This document shows positions 49,410 to 62,726 of a DNA stretch of 64,000 nucleotides, piece after piece; position 1 is the stretch's first letter; every line of letters starts with the position of its first letter. This DNA comes from Zygnema circumcarinatum SAG 698-1b. Taxonomy: Eukaryota; Plantae; Zygnematophyceae. Below the pieces are notes generated by a model. That model searched no databases. It worked only from the letters and a program-made list of their open reading frames with translations, and was not told the origin of the DNA. The position numbers and the translations under genes were made by a program. The DNA lies in NCBI GenBank assembly GCA_037447605.1, contig CM074821.1:1860001-1924000 (forward strand), read 5' to 3'.

Positions 49410-50345
49410 GGTTGACCTTCGCGGCTGCCATCAGGCTGCGGTGTTGCCGCTCCTAGCTGTTTTCTTTCGTGCTTAGGTCCTTTGCGACCAGTTCCTCGTG
49501 GTTCCCCATGATGCTGATTTTGTCCATGTACATTTGATGGCCTCGCCATCGTGAGATGAATGCCACTTCCTTTTCTCTGTTTCTAGCACACTTTGCTTTT
49601 GTTGAACACAAACGACAACAATGGCATGGAACCGACTGGCTGCTCGCGATGCGGCCCTTCGCAAGGAGCGCGCATATGCCCACGTCACGCGGCCGACGAG
49701 TTTGTTCCTATGGCTATTGAGATTTTTGGTTGCCTCGGTACCCGGCTGGATGCCTTCCTTCTTTCGCCAGTGCAAAACCCTCCTCGGAAAAAGGAAGCCC
49801 TCCTCCGGCGATCCTTGCTACTTGTTATCGATAGCGCAATGCCGTCGCCCTTGAGCGTTACTGTACTGTACCTCGCTTCTGCGCTCCTTCGGTTGCTGTC
49901 GGTGACCGTGTCGGTGGACGTCCGCAGTTCCGCCGCTCCCTCCTCGTGACCTACGCGGCTGCTTCTAGGGGCTGCGTTGTTGAGCCTAGGCGTAGCTTTC
50001 CGCTCGTAGCTTCTTTCTTTTGTGCTCAGGTCCTTTGCGACCAGTCCCTAGTGGTTGAGAGAGGTGAAACTGCATTGAACTCACAATGGCGAGGCCATCA
50101 AATGTACATGAACAAAAGCAGCAGGTGGAACCACGAGGGACTGGCCGCAAAGGACCTAGGCACAAAAGATAGAAGCTAAGAGCGGAAAACTACGCCTAGG
50201 CGCAACAACGCAGCCCCTAGAAGCAGCCGCGAAGGTCACCGATGTGAGGCACATCGCGAGTAGGGAGCGGCGGAAGTCCGACACGGTTCGCCTCGTGGTT
50301 CCACATACTGTAATGCTTTTGTTCATGTACCTTTGATGGCCAATG
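49410..50345. mobile_element. Cluster of 3'-end fragments of an RLE-encoding (CRE/NeSL/R2-type) non-LTR retrotransposon, in both orientations
   Basis: 49620-49850 (+) encodes the frameshifted LAARDAALRKERAYAH / EFVPMAIEIFGCLGTRLDAFL / LSIAQCRR, an RLE C-terminal pattern. The downstream sequence recurs at 49410-49580 (+), 49905-50057 (+), 50058-50290 (-) and 50291-50345 (+). Confidence 0.65.
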
Positions 50346-50454
50346 GCCTATTACCATGGGCCACGTGTACATCCTTGTCCACGTGGCAAGTAGCCATTGG
50401 TAGTGCCCGAGCATAGAGTGGCACACGGCGAAGGGAGGGAGGGAGGGGGCAGCC

Positions 50455-52663
50455 ATGGCGGCCAAGAAGCAACAGGCCGTGCTCTCGCGCTTCTTCTCCC
50501 GCCAGCCCCCTGCGCGCGTTGCATCTCCTGCTTCTCCCGCCCCTCCCTCTCCCTTTCCATCTGCCTCTCAGTCTCCCTCTCCCTCTCCCGCGCCTCCTCG
50601 CACGGCCGCTAGGAGCTCTGCTGCAGCCGGCCAGTTGGCCTCCGCACTGCGGCAGCCGCTAGCTATCGCGGGAGGCAAACCGTTTCAGGATTTAGGGTTG
50701 AAGGGCTCCAAGCGGCGAGCGGTTGAGGAAGGTGAAGGAGACGAGGAGGAGGGCGTGGAAGGGGAGGGAGAGGGCTCGTTACGAGCTGTGAAGAGCTTTC
50801 GGAACAAGAAGCGGCCTCGAAAGGACTTCCATGGCGGCAAAGAAGGCCAGGAAGAAGCTGCAGAAGAGTTGTCTGAGCCTTTGGTTGAGGCAAAGCGCCA
50901 AGTGGCGGCACCTCCGGCCTTGGAGCTGCCTTCTGACCCTCATCGCCATGCTCAGTTCGTTGAGCGGCTGCTCGCTCGCGGGGAAGAAACTGGCCGAGAG
51001 CGTGACACGTGGCAGAACGGGAGGTGGGAGGGTTCGGTGAAGGAGAAGGAGAAGCTCACTCCTTTGGAGCAGCAGGTAGTGGAGCTGAAGGCCAAGCATC
51101 CGGACGTTCTGCTCATGGTGGAGGTGGGCTACAGGTATCGTTTTTTTGGAAATGATGCTGAAACCGCAGTGCGCGTATTGGGTATTTATGCTCACTATGA
51201 TCACAGCTTCCTCACCGCCAGCATTCCCACTTTCCGCCTGCACGTGCATGTGAGGAGGCTGGTGGAGGAGGGATTGAAGGTGGGAGTTGTAAGGCAGACG
51301 GAAACAGCGGCGATCAAGGCACATGGGACGAACAAGGGGGGTCCGTTTACTCGACACCTGTCGGCACTTTATACGCGGGCGACGCTGGAAGCTGCAGAAG
51401 ATTTAGGAGGAGTAGCTCAAGATGACAGCGAAGGGAAGGGCCGTCTAAGCAGCTATATCATGTGCATTGTAGAAGAATGTCAGGAGGAGAAGGTTTCGGG
51501 GGAAGGAGGCATGAAGTGTAGAGGTCTGGATGCTAGAAGTGCGAACAAACAGAGTTGGGATGCAGAGTTTGGTATTGTGGCTGTGGAAACCGCGACGGGT
51601 GATGTTGTGTACGACCAATTTAGAGATACAGTGATGCGGACGGAACTTGAGTCTCGACTTTTGACGATCTCGCCCGCAGAGCTTTTGCTCGCAACGCCTC
51701 TCTCATCCGGCACGGAGAAGGTGAGGCATTTTAGAACGAAGTGAAAAGAAACGAGTGATTTTGACTTCAACCGCATCTCACACCCCGATAAATTATTGAA
51801 GGAATTGCATGAATATTCGCCGTAGACAAGCCAAGTCAGAGGATGATTAAGAAAGTCAAGAACAGCAGACCGTGAAATATCATCAGAAAGGAAAGATCAC
51901 GATAAATAGAGTTTTGTGAGGCTTATGGTTTCCAAGTCTTGAAGGTTTTCATGTTGTAGGATGACCAACTCCCGTGCTTTTTAAATTCTTAGGGTCGGCT
52001 CCCTTTTTTTACCGCAATTGAAAGCGCTGTGGTGCAAGGCAGAAAAGGAAAAATTTGGGACAAACTGATGACTATGAATGTGTTTCTAATCATAGTGGGA
52101 TTTTTGCTGTTTGAGCAAAAAAAAAAAAAAACCAATCGATCGATTCAGCCTAAGTTTTACTTGGCTTCTGCACAGCTGCTAGCAGGACTCGCCAGAGGTA
52201 CTTCAGAGATCCGTACAGAGAGGGTGCCGAGGAAATGCTTTAAAGATGGAGGGGCTCTTACGGAGGTTGCAATGTTCTATTCGAGAAGGGAGAAGGAAGA
52301 GCATAACGGGGAGGTAGAGGAGGAGGGGGCAGGGAAGGAGGGAGCGGAAGCGGCCGTAGATGCAGGACTTCAGGTGAATGCGCATCCAGAACCTTTCAAG
52401 GCCCTTTCGTCCTTACTTGCTTCGGATAATTTGTTAATCATGTTTGTAAATTAGAGCCTTTTTCAGGAGCTGGATTCACCATTCGTTTGACCCGACTTTC
52501 TCTTCCATGATATTTGGTTAAGTACGCTCATGCTGCTTTTTGTAGTCTTCTCATCCACTCTTCTACCTACTTCCTCGCTAACTTTCCTAATGCTCCCTCA
52601 ACCCCCTCCTTTGTCTATGTCCATCGTCCTCCCCCCCCTCGCTCTCGCCCTTCCTCCCTCCCC

Positions 52664-52696
<33 letters not shown>

Positions 52697-55600
52697 NNNN
52701 NNNNNNGAATGCCGTTGCAGAGATTCGCGAGTCCCTTGGAAGCAAATCTTCCTCGGGACATATGGAGGGAAGTTTCCCAGGAAGTGGGAGGGGGGGGGGA
52801 GTGGTAGGAGCTGCAAGTAGAGGCTCCTCTCTCTCTCTCTCCTCGAAGGGAGAAGGAGGACACCTCGCAGCAGCCCTTGCTTCTCTCGCAAAAATGGTAG
52901 ATGTGGAGAGAGGCATCACAAGAATGTTCCACAGAACAGCAACTCCGGCAGAGGTGAGTACTTATTGCTTTTGGGGGATTGACAAACTGGGTTCTCCTTT
53001 TTCTTAGCTCTCTCTCGTCTCTCTTCCCTTCCCCTCCCTTCCCGTCCCCCTCTCGGAAGATTTTGCTAGTGGTTATAACCAGCATTTTCAACTTCCAAGT
53101 GATACAGCCAGTGGGACCTCTATTCCCTGTTCCAAATATTGTCCATACTATTTCCTTTTTTACCTCTCCTACCCCCTCCCCACCAAATCCCCGTCTACTC
53201 CTCTCACTGTCCCTCTCACTGTCTCCTTCTTTTGTGCAGTTTGTGGCTTCTACAGGCTCTATGTGCAGTTTCGCGGCAGTTGGCTCCCCTTAGTATGGGC
53301 GATGAGGAACAGGATGACCCTTCCTCTTTGAAGGCAGACGAGGGGGAACAAAGAGGAGGGGTTCGATCTCCACTACTCAGACAGCTCCTTTCTGCATCTT
53401 CTGCTCCCTCTGTAATGGAGAAAGCCAATAGGATGCTGACATCTGTCAATGCTGAAGCTGCGGCTTCGGGAGATAAGATCAACTTGCTGGTGACAACTGA
53501 TGGCAGGTTTCCGGAGGTCAGTTTATGGGTCAGTTTATGGGTCAGTTTAAGTATGTTATTGTGAAATCCGTTTTGTTAGTTGTATGTTTCTTCTTAGCTG
53601 TTTCTAAACTATGGGTTTTGATGCTGGCAGGTGGCGCAATGTCGAGCTGCAATCCGATTGGCAGAGAAGAGACTGACTGATCTCCTGCCGGATATTCGTC
53701 GCCTGCTTAAGAATCCGTCCCTGCAGTACTTTTCGGTCGGGGGAACAAACTATCTTATTGAGGTAAAGGAAAAAGGACAAAAAAATTGTCATTAAGAGAA
53801 ATTCTGAGCATTCAGGCTTTGTACTCATTGCGTTTTTTGATGGGGGGTGCATAGAACAGCTCCCTGTTGCGCAAAGAGTTCCTTCCGATTGGATCAAGGT
53901 AAACAGCACCAAAAGAACACACCGATATTATCCCCCGGAAGTGACTGCCGCATACGACAAACTCGCTCTTGCAAAGGAAGAGCTTAGTGCTGCCTGCACG
54001 CGAGCATGGAACGCCTTCATGGCTCAGTTTTCCCAAGACTACATAGAATTCCGTCGAACTGTTGAAGCTTTGGCTGCTCTCGACTGCCTGCATTCCTTAG
54101 CTCTCGTTTCTCGCAGTCAGGTGAGAATATGCGGAGGTAGGAATCCATGGCGTTTTTAAAAGGTTAAATGCAAGGTGGGTTGGTTTGCGAGGTAGAGGGG
54201 CTANNNNNNNNNNGAATGCCGTTGCAGAGATTCGCGAGTCCCTTGGAAGCAAATCTTCCTCGGGACATATGGAGGGAAGTTTCCCAGGAAGTGGGAGGGG
54301 GGGGGGAGTGGTAGGAGCTGCAAGTAGAGGCTCCTCTCTCTCTCTCTCCTCGAAGGGAGAAGGAGGACACCTCGCAGCAGCCCTTGCTTCTCTCGCAAAA
54401 ATGGTAGATGTGGAGAGAGGCATCACAAGAATGTTCCACAGAACAGCAACTCCGGCAGAGGTGAGTACTTATTGCTTTTGGGGGATTGACAAACTGGGTT
54501 CTCCTTTTTCTTAGCTCTCTCTCGTCTCTCTTCCCTTCCCCTCCCTTCCCGTCCCCCTCTCGGAAGATTTTGCTAGTGGTTATAACCAGCATTTTCAACT
54601 TCCAAGTGATACAGCCAGTGGGACCTCTATTCCCTGTTCCAAATATTGTCCATACTATTTCCTTTTTTACCTCTCCTACCCCCTCCCCACCAAATCCCCG
54701 TCTACTCCTCTCACTGTCCCTCTCACTGTCTCCTTCTTTTGTGCAGTTTGTGGCAGTTCTACAGGCTCTATGTGCAGTTTCGCGGCAGTTGGCTCCCCTT
54801 AGTATGGGCGATGAGGAACAGGATGACCCTTCCTCTTTGAAGGCAGACGAGGGGGAACAAAGAGGAGGGGTTCGATCTCCACTACTCAGACAGCTCCTTT
54901 CTGCATCTTCTGCTCCCTCTGTAATGGAGAAAGCCAATAGGATGCTGACATCTGTCAATGCTGAAGCTGCGGCTTCGGGAGATAAGATCAACTTGCTGGT
55001 GACAACTGATGGCAGGTTTCCGGAGGTCAGTTTATGGGTCAGTTTATGGGTCAGTTTAAGTATGTTATTGTGAAATCCGTTTTGTTAGTTGTATGTTTCT
55101 TCTTAGCTGTTTCTAAACTATGGGTTTTGATGCTGGCAGGTGGCGCAATGTCGAGCTGCAATCCGATTGGCAGAGAAGAGACTGACTGATCTCCTGCCGG
55201 ATATTCGTCGCCTGCTTAAGAATCCGTCCCTGCAGTACTTTTCGGTCGGGGGAACAAACTATCTTATTGAGGTAAAGGAAAAAGGACAAAAAAATTGTCA
55301 TTAAGAGAAATTCTGAGCATTCAGGCTTTGTACTCATTGCGTTTTTTGATGGGGGGTGCATAGAACAGCTCCCTGTTGCGCAAAGAGTTCCTTCCGATTG
55401 GATCAAGGTAAACAGCACCAAAAGAACACACCGATATTATCCCCCGGAAGTGACTGCCGCATACGACAAACTCGCTCTTGCAAAGGAAGAGCTTAGTGCT
55501 GCCTGCACGCGAGCATGGAACGCCTTCATGGCTCAGTTTTCCCAAGACTACATAGAATTCCGTCGAACTGTTGAAGCTTTGGCTGCTCTCGACTGCCTGC

Positions 55601-58600
55601 ATTCCTTAGCTCTCGTTTCTCGCAGTCAGGTGAGAATATGCGGAGGTAGGAATCCATGGCGTTTTTAAAAGGTTAAATGCAAGGTGGGTTGGTTTGCGAG
55701 GTAGAGGGGCTACGCTTTGGCTATCTCTTGGAGTAGTTTTTTTTTTTTGGCAATGACATGGGAAGGGGTTCAGGGCTATGTGCGTCCCGAGTTTGTTGAG
55801 GAGGAGGAGGAGGTTCAACTGATGATTGAGGATGGGCGGCATCCGGTGAGTGCTACTTAGATGATAGATAGATGCTACTTTAGGGTTCAGAATCCGACAT
55901 TCTGTGGTATTAGAGATGTCAGTAGTGCATGGGTTGGGGGGGGCGGGGGGGGGTGTTCATTTTGCTATGCGGCTTCCGAATAGGTTTGTTGTCATATCTT
56001 TCACCTAACAATGCACTTTGGCTAAGCTGAAAGAGAGCAGAGAGAGAGAGCGAGACGGGAAGGGGGAAGGGAGTGAGGGAGGGAAAGTGGACAGTAGAAG
56101 TGAAAATTGGGGGCAGCCCGGTGCAGGTGGTAGAGGCGACTCTGCAGGAGGAGTTTGTGCCCAACTCGACGGCTTTGAGGGGCAGCGGGGAGAGGTGCCA
56201 AGTCATCACTGGGCCAAACATGGGAGGGAAGAGCTGCTACATTCGCCAGGTTGCGCTTATTGCCATTATGGCACAGGTGCTCGCACTCTCTGTCTCCCCT
56301 CTCCCTCTCCCTCTCCCTCTCCCNNNNNNNNNNGCTGCGGCTTCGGGAGATAAGATCAACTTGCTGGTGACAACTGATGGCAGGTTTCCGGAGGTCAGTT
56401 TATGGGTCAGTTTATGGGTCAGTTTAAGTATGTTATTGTGAAATCCGTTTTGTTAGTTGTATGTTTCTTCTTAGCTGTTTCTAAACTATGGGTTTTGATG
56501 CTGGCAGGTGGCGCAATGTCGAGCTGCAATCCGATTGGCAGAGAAGAGACTGACTGATCTCCTGCCGGATATTCGTCGCCTGCTTAAGAATCCGTCCCTG
56601 CAGTACTTTTCGGTCGGGGGAACAAACTATCTTATTGAGGTAAAGGAAAAAGGACAAAAAAATTGTCATTAAGAGAAATTCTGAGCATTCAGGCTTTGTA
56701 CTCATTGCGTTTTTTGATGGGGGGTGCATAGAACAGCTCCCTGTTGCGCAAAGAGTTCCTTCCGATTGGATCAAGGTAAACAGCACCAAAAGAACACACC
56801 GATATTATCCCCCGGAAGTGACTGCCGCATACGACAAACTCGCTCTTGCAAAGGAAGAGCTTAGTGCTGCCTGCACGCGAGCATGGAACGCCTTCATGGC
56901 TCAGTTTTCCCAAGACTACATAGAATTCCGTCGAACTGTTGAAGCTTTGGCTGCTCTCGACTGCCTGCATTCCTTAGCTCTCGTTTCTCGCAGTCAGGTG
57001 AGAATATGCGGAGGTAGGAATCCATGGCGTTTTTAAAAGGTTAAATGCAAGGTGGGTTGGTTTGCGAGGTAGAGGGGCTACGCTTTGGCTATCTCTTGGA
57101 GTAGTTTTTTTTTTTTGGCAATGACATGGGAAGGGGTTCAGGGCTATGTGCGTCCCGAGTTTGTTGAGGAGGAGGAGGAGGTTCAACTGATGATTGAGGA
57201 TGGGCGGCATCCGGTGAGTGCTACTTAGATGATAGATAGATGCTACTTTAGGGTTCAGAATCCGACATTCTGTGGTATTAGAGATGTCAGTAGTGCATGG
57301 GTTGGGGGGGGCGGGGGGGGGTGTTCATTTTGCTATGCGGCTTCCGAATAGGTTTGTTGTCATATCTTTCACCTAACAATGCACTTTGGCTAAGCTGAAA
57401 GAGAGCAGAGAGAGAGAGCGAGACGGGAAGGGGGAAGGGAGTGAGGGAGGGAAAGTGGACAGTAGAAGTGAAAATTGGGGGCAGCCCGGTGCAGGTGGTA
57501 GAGGCGACTCTGCAGGAGGAGTTTGTGCCCAACTCGACGGCTTTGAGGGGCAGCGGGGAGAGGTGCCAAGTCATCACTGGGCCAAACATGGGAGGGAAGA
57601 GCTGCTACATTCGCCAGGTTGCGCTTGTGCCATTTATAGCTGCGGAACAAAACCTCTGTCTCCCTGCTCCCTCTCCCCTCTCCACTCTCCTCACTCTCCC
57701 ACTCTCCCTCTCCCTCTCCCTCTCCCTCTCCCTCTCCCTCTCCCTCTCCTCTCCTCTCCCTCTCCCTCTCCTCTCCTCTCCTCTCCCTCTCCCTCTCCCT
57801 CTCCCTCTCCCTCTCCCTCTCCTCTCCTCTCTCCCTCTCCTCCTCTCCTCGCCCTCTCCCTCGCCCTCTCCTCTCCCTCCTCCCTCTCCCTCTCCCTCTC
57901 CCTCTCCCTCTCCCTCTCCTCTCTCTCCTCTCCTCCTCTCCTCTCTCTCTCCCTCTCCCTCTCCTCTCCTCTCCTCTCCTCTCCCTCTCCTCTTCTCCTC
58001 TCCCTCCTCTCCCTCTCCTCTCCTCTCCTCTCCCTCTCCCTCTCTCCCTCTCCACTCTCCTCTCCTCTCCTCTCCTCTCCCTCTCCCTCTCCCTCTCACT
58101 CTCTCCCTCTCCCTCTCCCTCTCCCTCTCCCTCTCCCTCTCCCTCTCCCTCTCCTCCCTCTCCCTCTCCCTCCCCTCTCCCTCCTCCCTCTCCCTCTCCT
58201 CTCCCTCCTCCTCTCCCTCTCCCTCTCCCTCCTCCCTCTCCCTCTCCCTCCCTCCCGCTCCTCTCCCTCTCCCTCTCCCTCTCCTCCACTTTCCTCCTCC
58301 TCTCCCTCTCCCTCTTTCTTTCTCTCGCTCTCTCTCTCTCTCATACACACACACACACACCCACACACACCCATCCACCAGTACACATCTACTGGGGTGC
58401 AGGTGGGGTCGTTTGTCCCTGCTACCTCCGCTCGTTTGCATGTTTTTGACTGCGTGCACACGCGTATGGGAGCGTCCGACTCTCTCCAAAGAGGGAGAAG
58501 CACCTTTCTGGAGGAGCTCAGTGAAGCCTCCGACATTCTTCAGAATGCGACGGAGAGGTCACTCGTTATAGTGGACGAGTTGGGGCGGGGGACAAGCACA

Positions 58601-59835
58601 CACGATGGAACTGCCCTTGCCTACGCAGCTCTGCAGGTGAACTCACAGATGGGTGAAGCTCTTCAGAATGATGTTTTTCAAGAGGATGTTTTAAAGGAAG
58701 AAAATCAATGAAAAGAATGACTCGATATACTTAATTGCTTGGCAAAACGGAATTGTAAGAGAAGGTCTTGTTCTCCTGTTGAGCTGTGATGTGAATCTTA
58801 TCGCAATTTTTACGATAGAACCCTACTTGTACACTAGTTTTTGCAGAGTGTCTGCAAAAATGCTTACGCGATCTTTGTATTGGAGAGACTCTGAACATTA
58901 GCAAGTGGGGTTTTTTGACCTTCTTTGATTTTTTTATAAGCCTTCTGAAACGCATTCAGTTTCTTGTTTTTGGCATGGGCCGCACAGCATCTTCTTACGG
59001 AGACACGTTGCCTCACTCTCTTCGTCACCCATTATCCGAAAATTGCAGAATTGAAGAACGAACATCCTAATGAGCTAGGAGCATACTATGTGTCGTACAT
59101 TATGGAAGACACACCTCCACCCTCTCTAACACAGAAATCGCTTCCTCCTGAACGGGCAGAGGAAGCGACGAGGGAGATAGAGGGAGGGGATGAAGTGAAG
59201 CTCGATGTTGCGGTTATGGAGGAAGCTCCCTTTAGTAGTACTGATGGGAGAGGGAGAGATGGAGAGGGGGAGCGAGAAGATGCCATAATGAATATGGCAG
59301 AAGATGCGAGAAAGAGGATCACTTTTCTGTACAAGTTGGTGCCAGGTGTCGCAAGCCGAAGCTTTGGACTCCACGTGGCACATATGGCGCAGGTAGGAAG
59401 TTCCCCCCTTAATATGGTAGGTAGTACATGTGGAGTTAAACATGACTTAACATGTGGAGTTAAACATGACTTAACATGTGGAGTTGAACATGACATTGAA
59501 TTAACGTTGCTGTGAACGCCCATCTCTTCTTTTTCTATTTCCCTTTTTGTGGTCTGGAGGTGAAAGGGAGGGCCATGGGGGACATCTCAAAGAGTGCCGT
59601 ATCAATGTCAGTAGAGAATATGGATGATCCTTAGGATGGATTAGACATGAGAAAGTGAACGCCTTTTTTTTAGTTTTCTGATTTTATATGCTGTTGGTTT
59701 TTGCAGATCCCAGAGAGCGTGGTGATGAGGGCTGGCGTAATGGCGGCAAAGCTTGAACTGGAAGTCAGTCTGAGGAGCAAAGGAGGCAGGGCCGAAGGGG
59801 GCAAGGAGTGGGACGTGACAGCTGCAACGACATGA
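50455..59835 (+). CDS. MSH3: DNA mismatch repair protein MSH3 (assembly has gaps and repeated exon blocks)
   Basis: PIP box QQAVLSRFF; [36 protein letters not shown]; [11 protein letters not shown]; [18 protein letters not shown]; [19 protein letters not shown]; [12 protein letters not shown]; FVTHYP; SRSFGLHVA. Last exon 59707-59835. Confidence 0.96.
52707..57627. other. Repeated MSH3 exon blocks flanking N gaps (52707-54202 ~ 54214-55711; 54968-56323 ~ 56334-57627), probable assembly artefact
   Basis: Near-identical copies, introns included, each starting right after a 10-N gap. Confidence 0.8.
59426..59495 (+). repeat. 24-bp tandem repeat x3 in an MSH3 intron
   Basis: acatgtggagttaaacatgactta units. 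Confidence 0.85.
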
Positions 59836-61056
59836 CCGAGAGGGAGAGGGCGGGATAGGGCTCACTTCGGGCTGGGGAGGAGGGCATTGTACATATGTCG
59901 GTGAAGTAACTTTCTAAAAAATCGCTTCCATGTTGTGTGTAGTGTTTTCGGAATTTGTTTAGGGAGATGGTATTTTAAGTTTTTTGGCTTTTTTCAACAT
60001 TGGGGTGGCCGGAAAGGGGGGGGGGGGGAGATGCGCGTTCTCCATTGTGACAAAAACCTGTCATCCAAAGCACAGCAGTGCTCCGGCTGGTCTGCCAGGG
60101 AAGCACAGCCATCATCCCAATTCAAGCAGCCGTGTCTATGGCTCCCAATTTACAAAGTTCTTCTAAAACCCTTCAACTTTACAAACCCCAAAAGCCCTAA
60201 AAACAACCACTGGTCTCAACAGAGAGATGGCAATGTCTGCCAACCCGAGGTTTGCCTGTGCCAAGTCTGAGAACAGTGCTTTATTAGAGTGATCCAAGTG
60301 TACAACATGAGGAGCAGAGGAAGAGCCTATAGATTAAGAGCCTTAAAACTGGTAGAGGCCGCACCAGGAAAGCAACCCCTCTTAAGTCAGTGAAGATATG
60401 CAGAGGACCTTACGGCCATCTCCGCGACACATGCTGGAGGGAAACACTAAGGGGGAGATAGAGCAGGAAAGGAGGGCACACCAAGCCTGCAAGTTTGAGT
60501 CGGTCGTATATAGGGAAAACCTCAGGAAATGAGTGCTGCGCAACTTCTCGTCAAGAGATGTCCACGAAGTTTTGAAAGATAGGGTCGCCCTTGTCACTTG
60601 TTTCCACTGGCCCGATGTGGATACAGAGACTAATAGAGAGGGGTAGGCCGGTTCTGCCCAGGAGCTCCAAGAAGCCAACACAAGAAAGGGAACCGCTTGA
60701 AATTGGAAGTTGCTTAGTTTTCTCTCCTCCTCGTGGAACTTGGCAAGGGTTTCACTAGCTTACAAGCTTTGCAAAGGTGGTCAATTTGGACGTCCTGAAC
60801 CCCAGAGACCCACAAAAGGTCCCGGGTCTTTCCAGCGTCCCAAGCTTCGAGGAGTTCAGCTCGAGGTTCAGACCAAGGTTCAAAGCAGCTGAGGGGTTTC
60901 ATTCTAATAATGGAAATAAAAACCCACAGGAGGGGGCCGAGAGACACCCAAGGTTCTCACGAAGCTTAGAAAAGCAGAGCACGAGATAGTGCGCTGTTGA
61001 AGAAGGGGGGAGAGAAGAGAGTCACTCTAACCTCCTCATTCATAACCCGAACCGCG

Positions 61057-62677
61057 CTACCTTTCAATAAGCTCCAACAAAGGAAGCAGATCGGAGAAGG
61101 TCGGCCGACTTTCCGGCTCCAAGTGAAGGCAGGTGTTGGCAACCATGGCCAGGCTGCACACCCCTCTCTTTGAGAAATTCCCACCCAAGAGGGGGTCGAC
61201 TACCTCCAGCATGCTTAAAGCAGGAGGAGAGAGGCGAGGGGCCATTTGGGAGCGCAGAGTCGCACCCTCCTTGCTCACAGGCGGACGCCCAGTGATGAGC
61301 TCAAGGAGGATCACACCAAACGCATACACATCGCTCTTGAAGGTCAGCCATCCTGCAGAGTCAACAGAACACAGGGGACAGACTAAGGGATTCCTGAGTT
61401 GGCATAACATGACATAAGGCAGCTGCTACTGTTATCGAGAAGCCTGTATCCTGAGAGGGATGAAATTTTCAGAGCCCTGTCATCAAGTTGAGTTCACTTT
61501 CCGTATTGCCAAGGAGTTGATAGAGTTGGATATGGATTAAAAAGGTGCACGAACGTGCTTGCAGTATAAGAGGGTATGAACGAGACTTAATAACGAAAGC
61601 GAAGGGAACAGCTAGAGTGGGTCGGAAGGCAAGAGGGTGACATGAGAGAAAGAGAAGGAAACGAGGATGAAGACCTAGAAATCTCCGGAGAAACTGGCAG
61701 AAAGAGAGCGAGAAAAAGGAGAAGGTGGGGGGGGGGGGGGGGGNNNNNNNNNNGGGGGGGGGGGGGGGGGGGGGGGGGGGGTGGCCTCACCCGACTCCAT
61801 ATACGCCGGATCAAGGTATCCCATAGTTCCCAGCACTGCCGTGGAGACGTGGTCATGCTCCCCATCAGGACCGCCCCGTGCGAAAGCAAAGTCCGATACC
61901 TTAGCCTCGTAATTCTGGGCCAACCAGAACAGAAACATATCAGCAAACCCTCCAGACCTTTCATCCGCATAGGACCCCAAAGAACAATTAGTTTACACGC
62001 CCTCCCTGAAGGGGCTCTTCACAGCCCACCTCTGTGAGAAGCACATTGTTGGCCTTTAGGTCGCGATGAATGACGTTGCACTTGTGCATGGCCGCTAGAC
62101 CCCGCGCCACATCTAAAGCAATTGACACTCGAAGGCGCCATGGAAGAGCTTCTCCGTCCTCCATCCCTGAGACAAACCCACAGCCAGGAAAAAAAAAAGG
62201 GGGAGTCGACAGAGGTTCACCATATTCTATGAGAGCAAGTATGTGACTACTACAAGTTCCTACACCTCCCAGCGTCGGTGATTCCATCGTCTTGATGTCA
62301 CCACAGCTCTCACTCCAACGCAGAGAGAGGACTGCACATAATCGAGACTATCGAATGCCCACACCATCTCTGAAAACCAAACCATGAATGCCTAACAGAT
62401 TCCGAAAACGAAGTGAACCCTAAAAAGCTGACAGCCCTAAAATCTGCGAGCCACAAAAAAAACCCTAAAGCTGGAAAACCTCAGAAGTCGCCCAAGTCGC
62501 CGAAATACTATAGACGCAACACAAGCCAAACAAAACCGCTCTACAAATACACTTCAGGAAGTAGCCTATAGAGATACCCTACTTTTCCTTTTTAAAAACC
62601 CCGCTTTACAGAAGAATTCCAAGGTTCTGAACGCCACATTCATCCACCAGTCTGGCCCACGGAACAGCTCCTTGCTG

Positions 62678-62726
<49 letters not shown>

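Noticed and set aside
52707-57627. Apparent tandem exon duplication in MSH3
   Set aside because: Copies are near-identical including introns, abut 10-N gaps and degrade into noisy sequence at 57627; best explained as scaffolding overlap.
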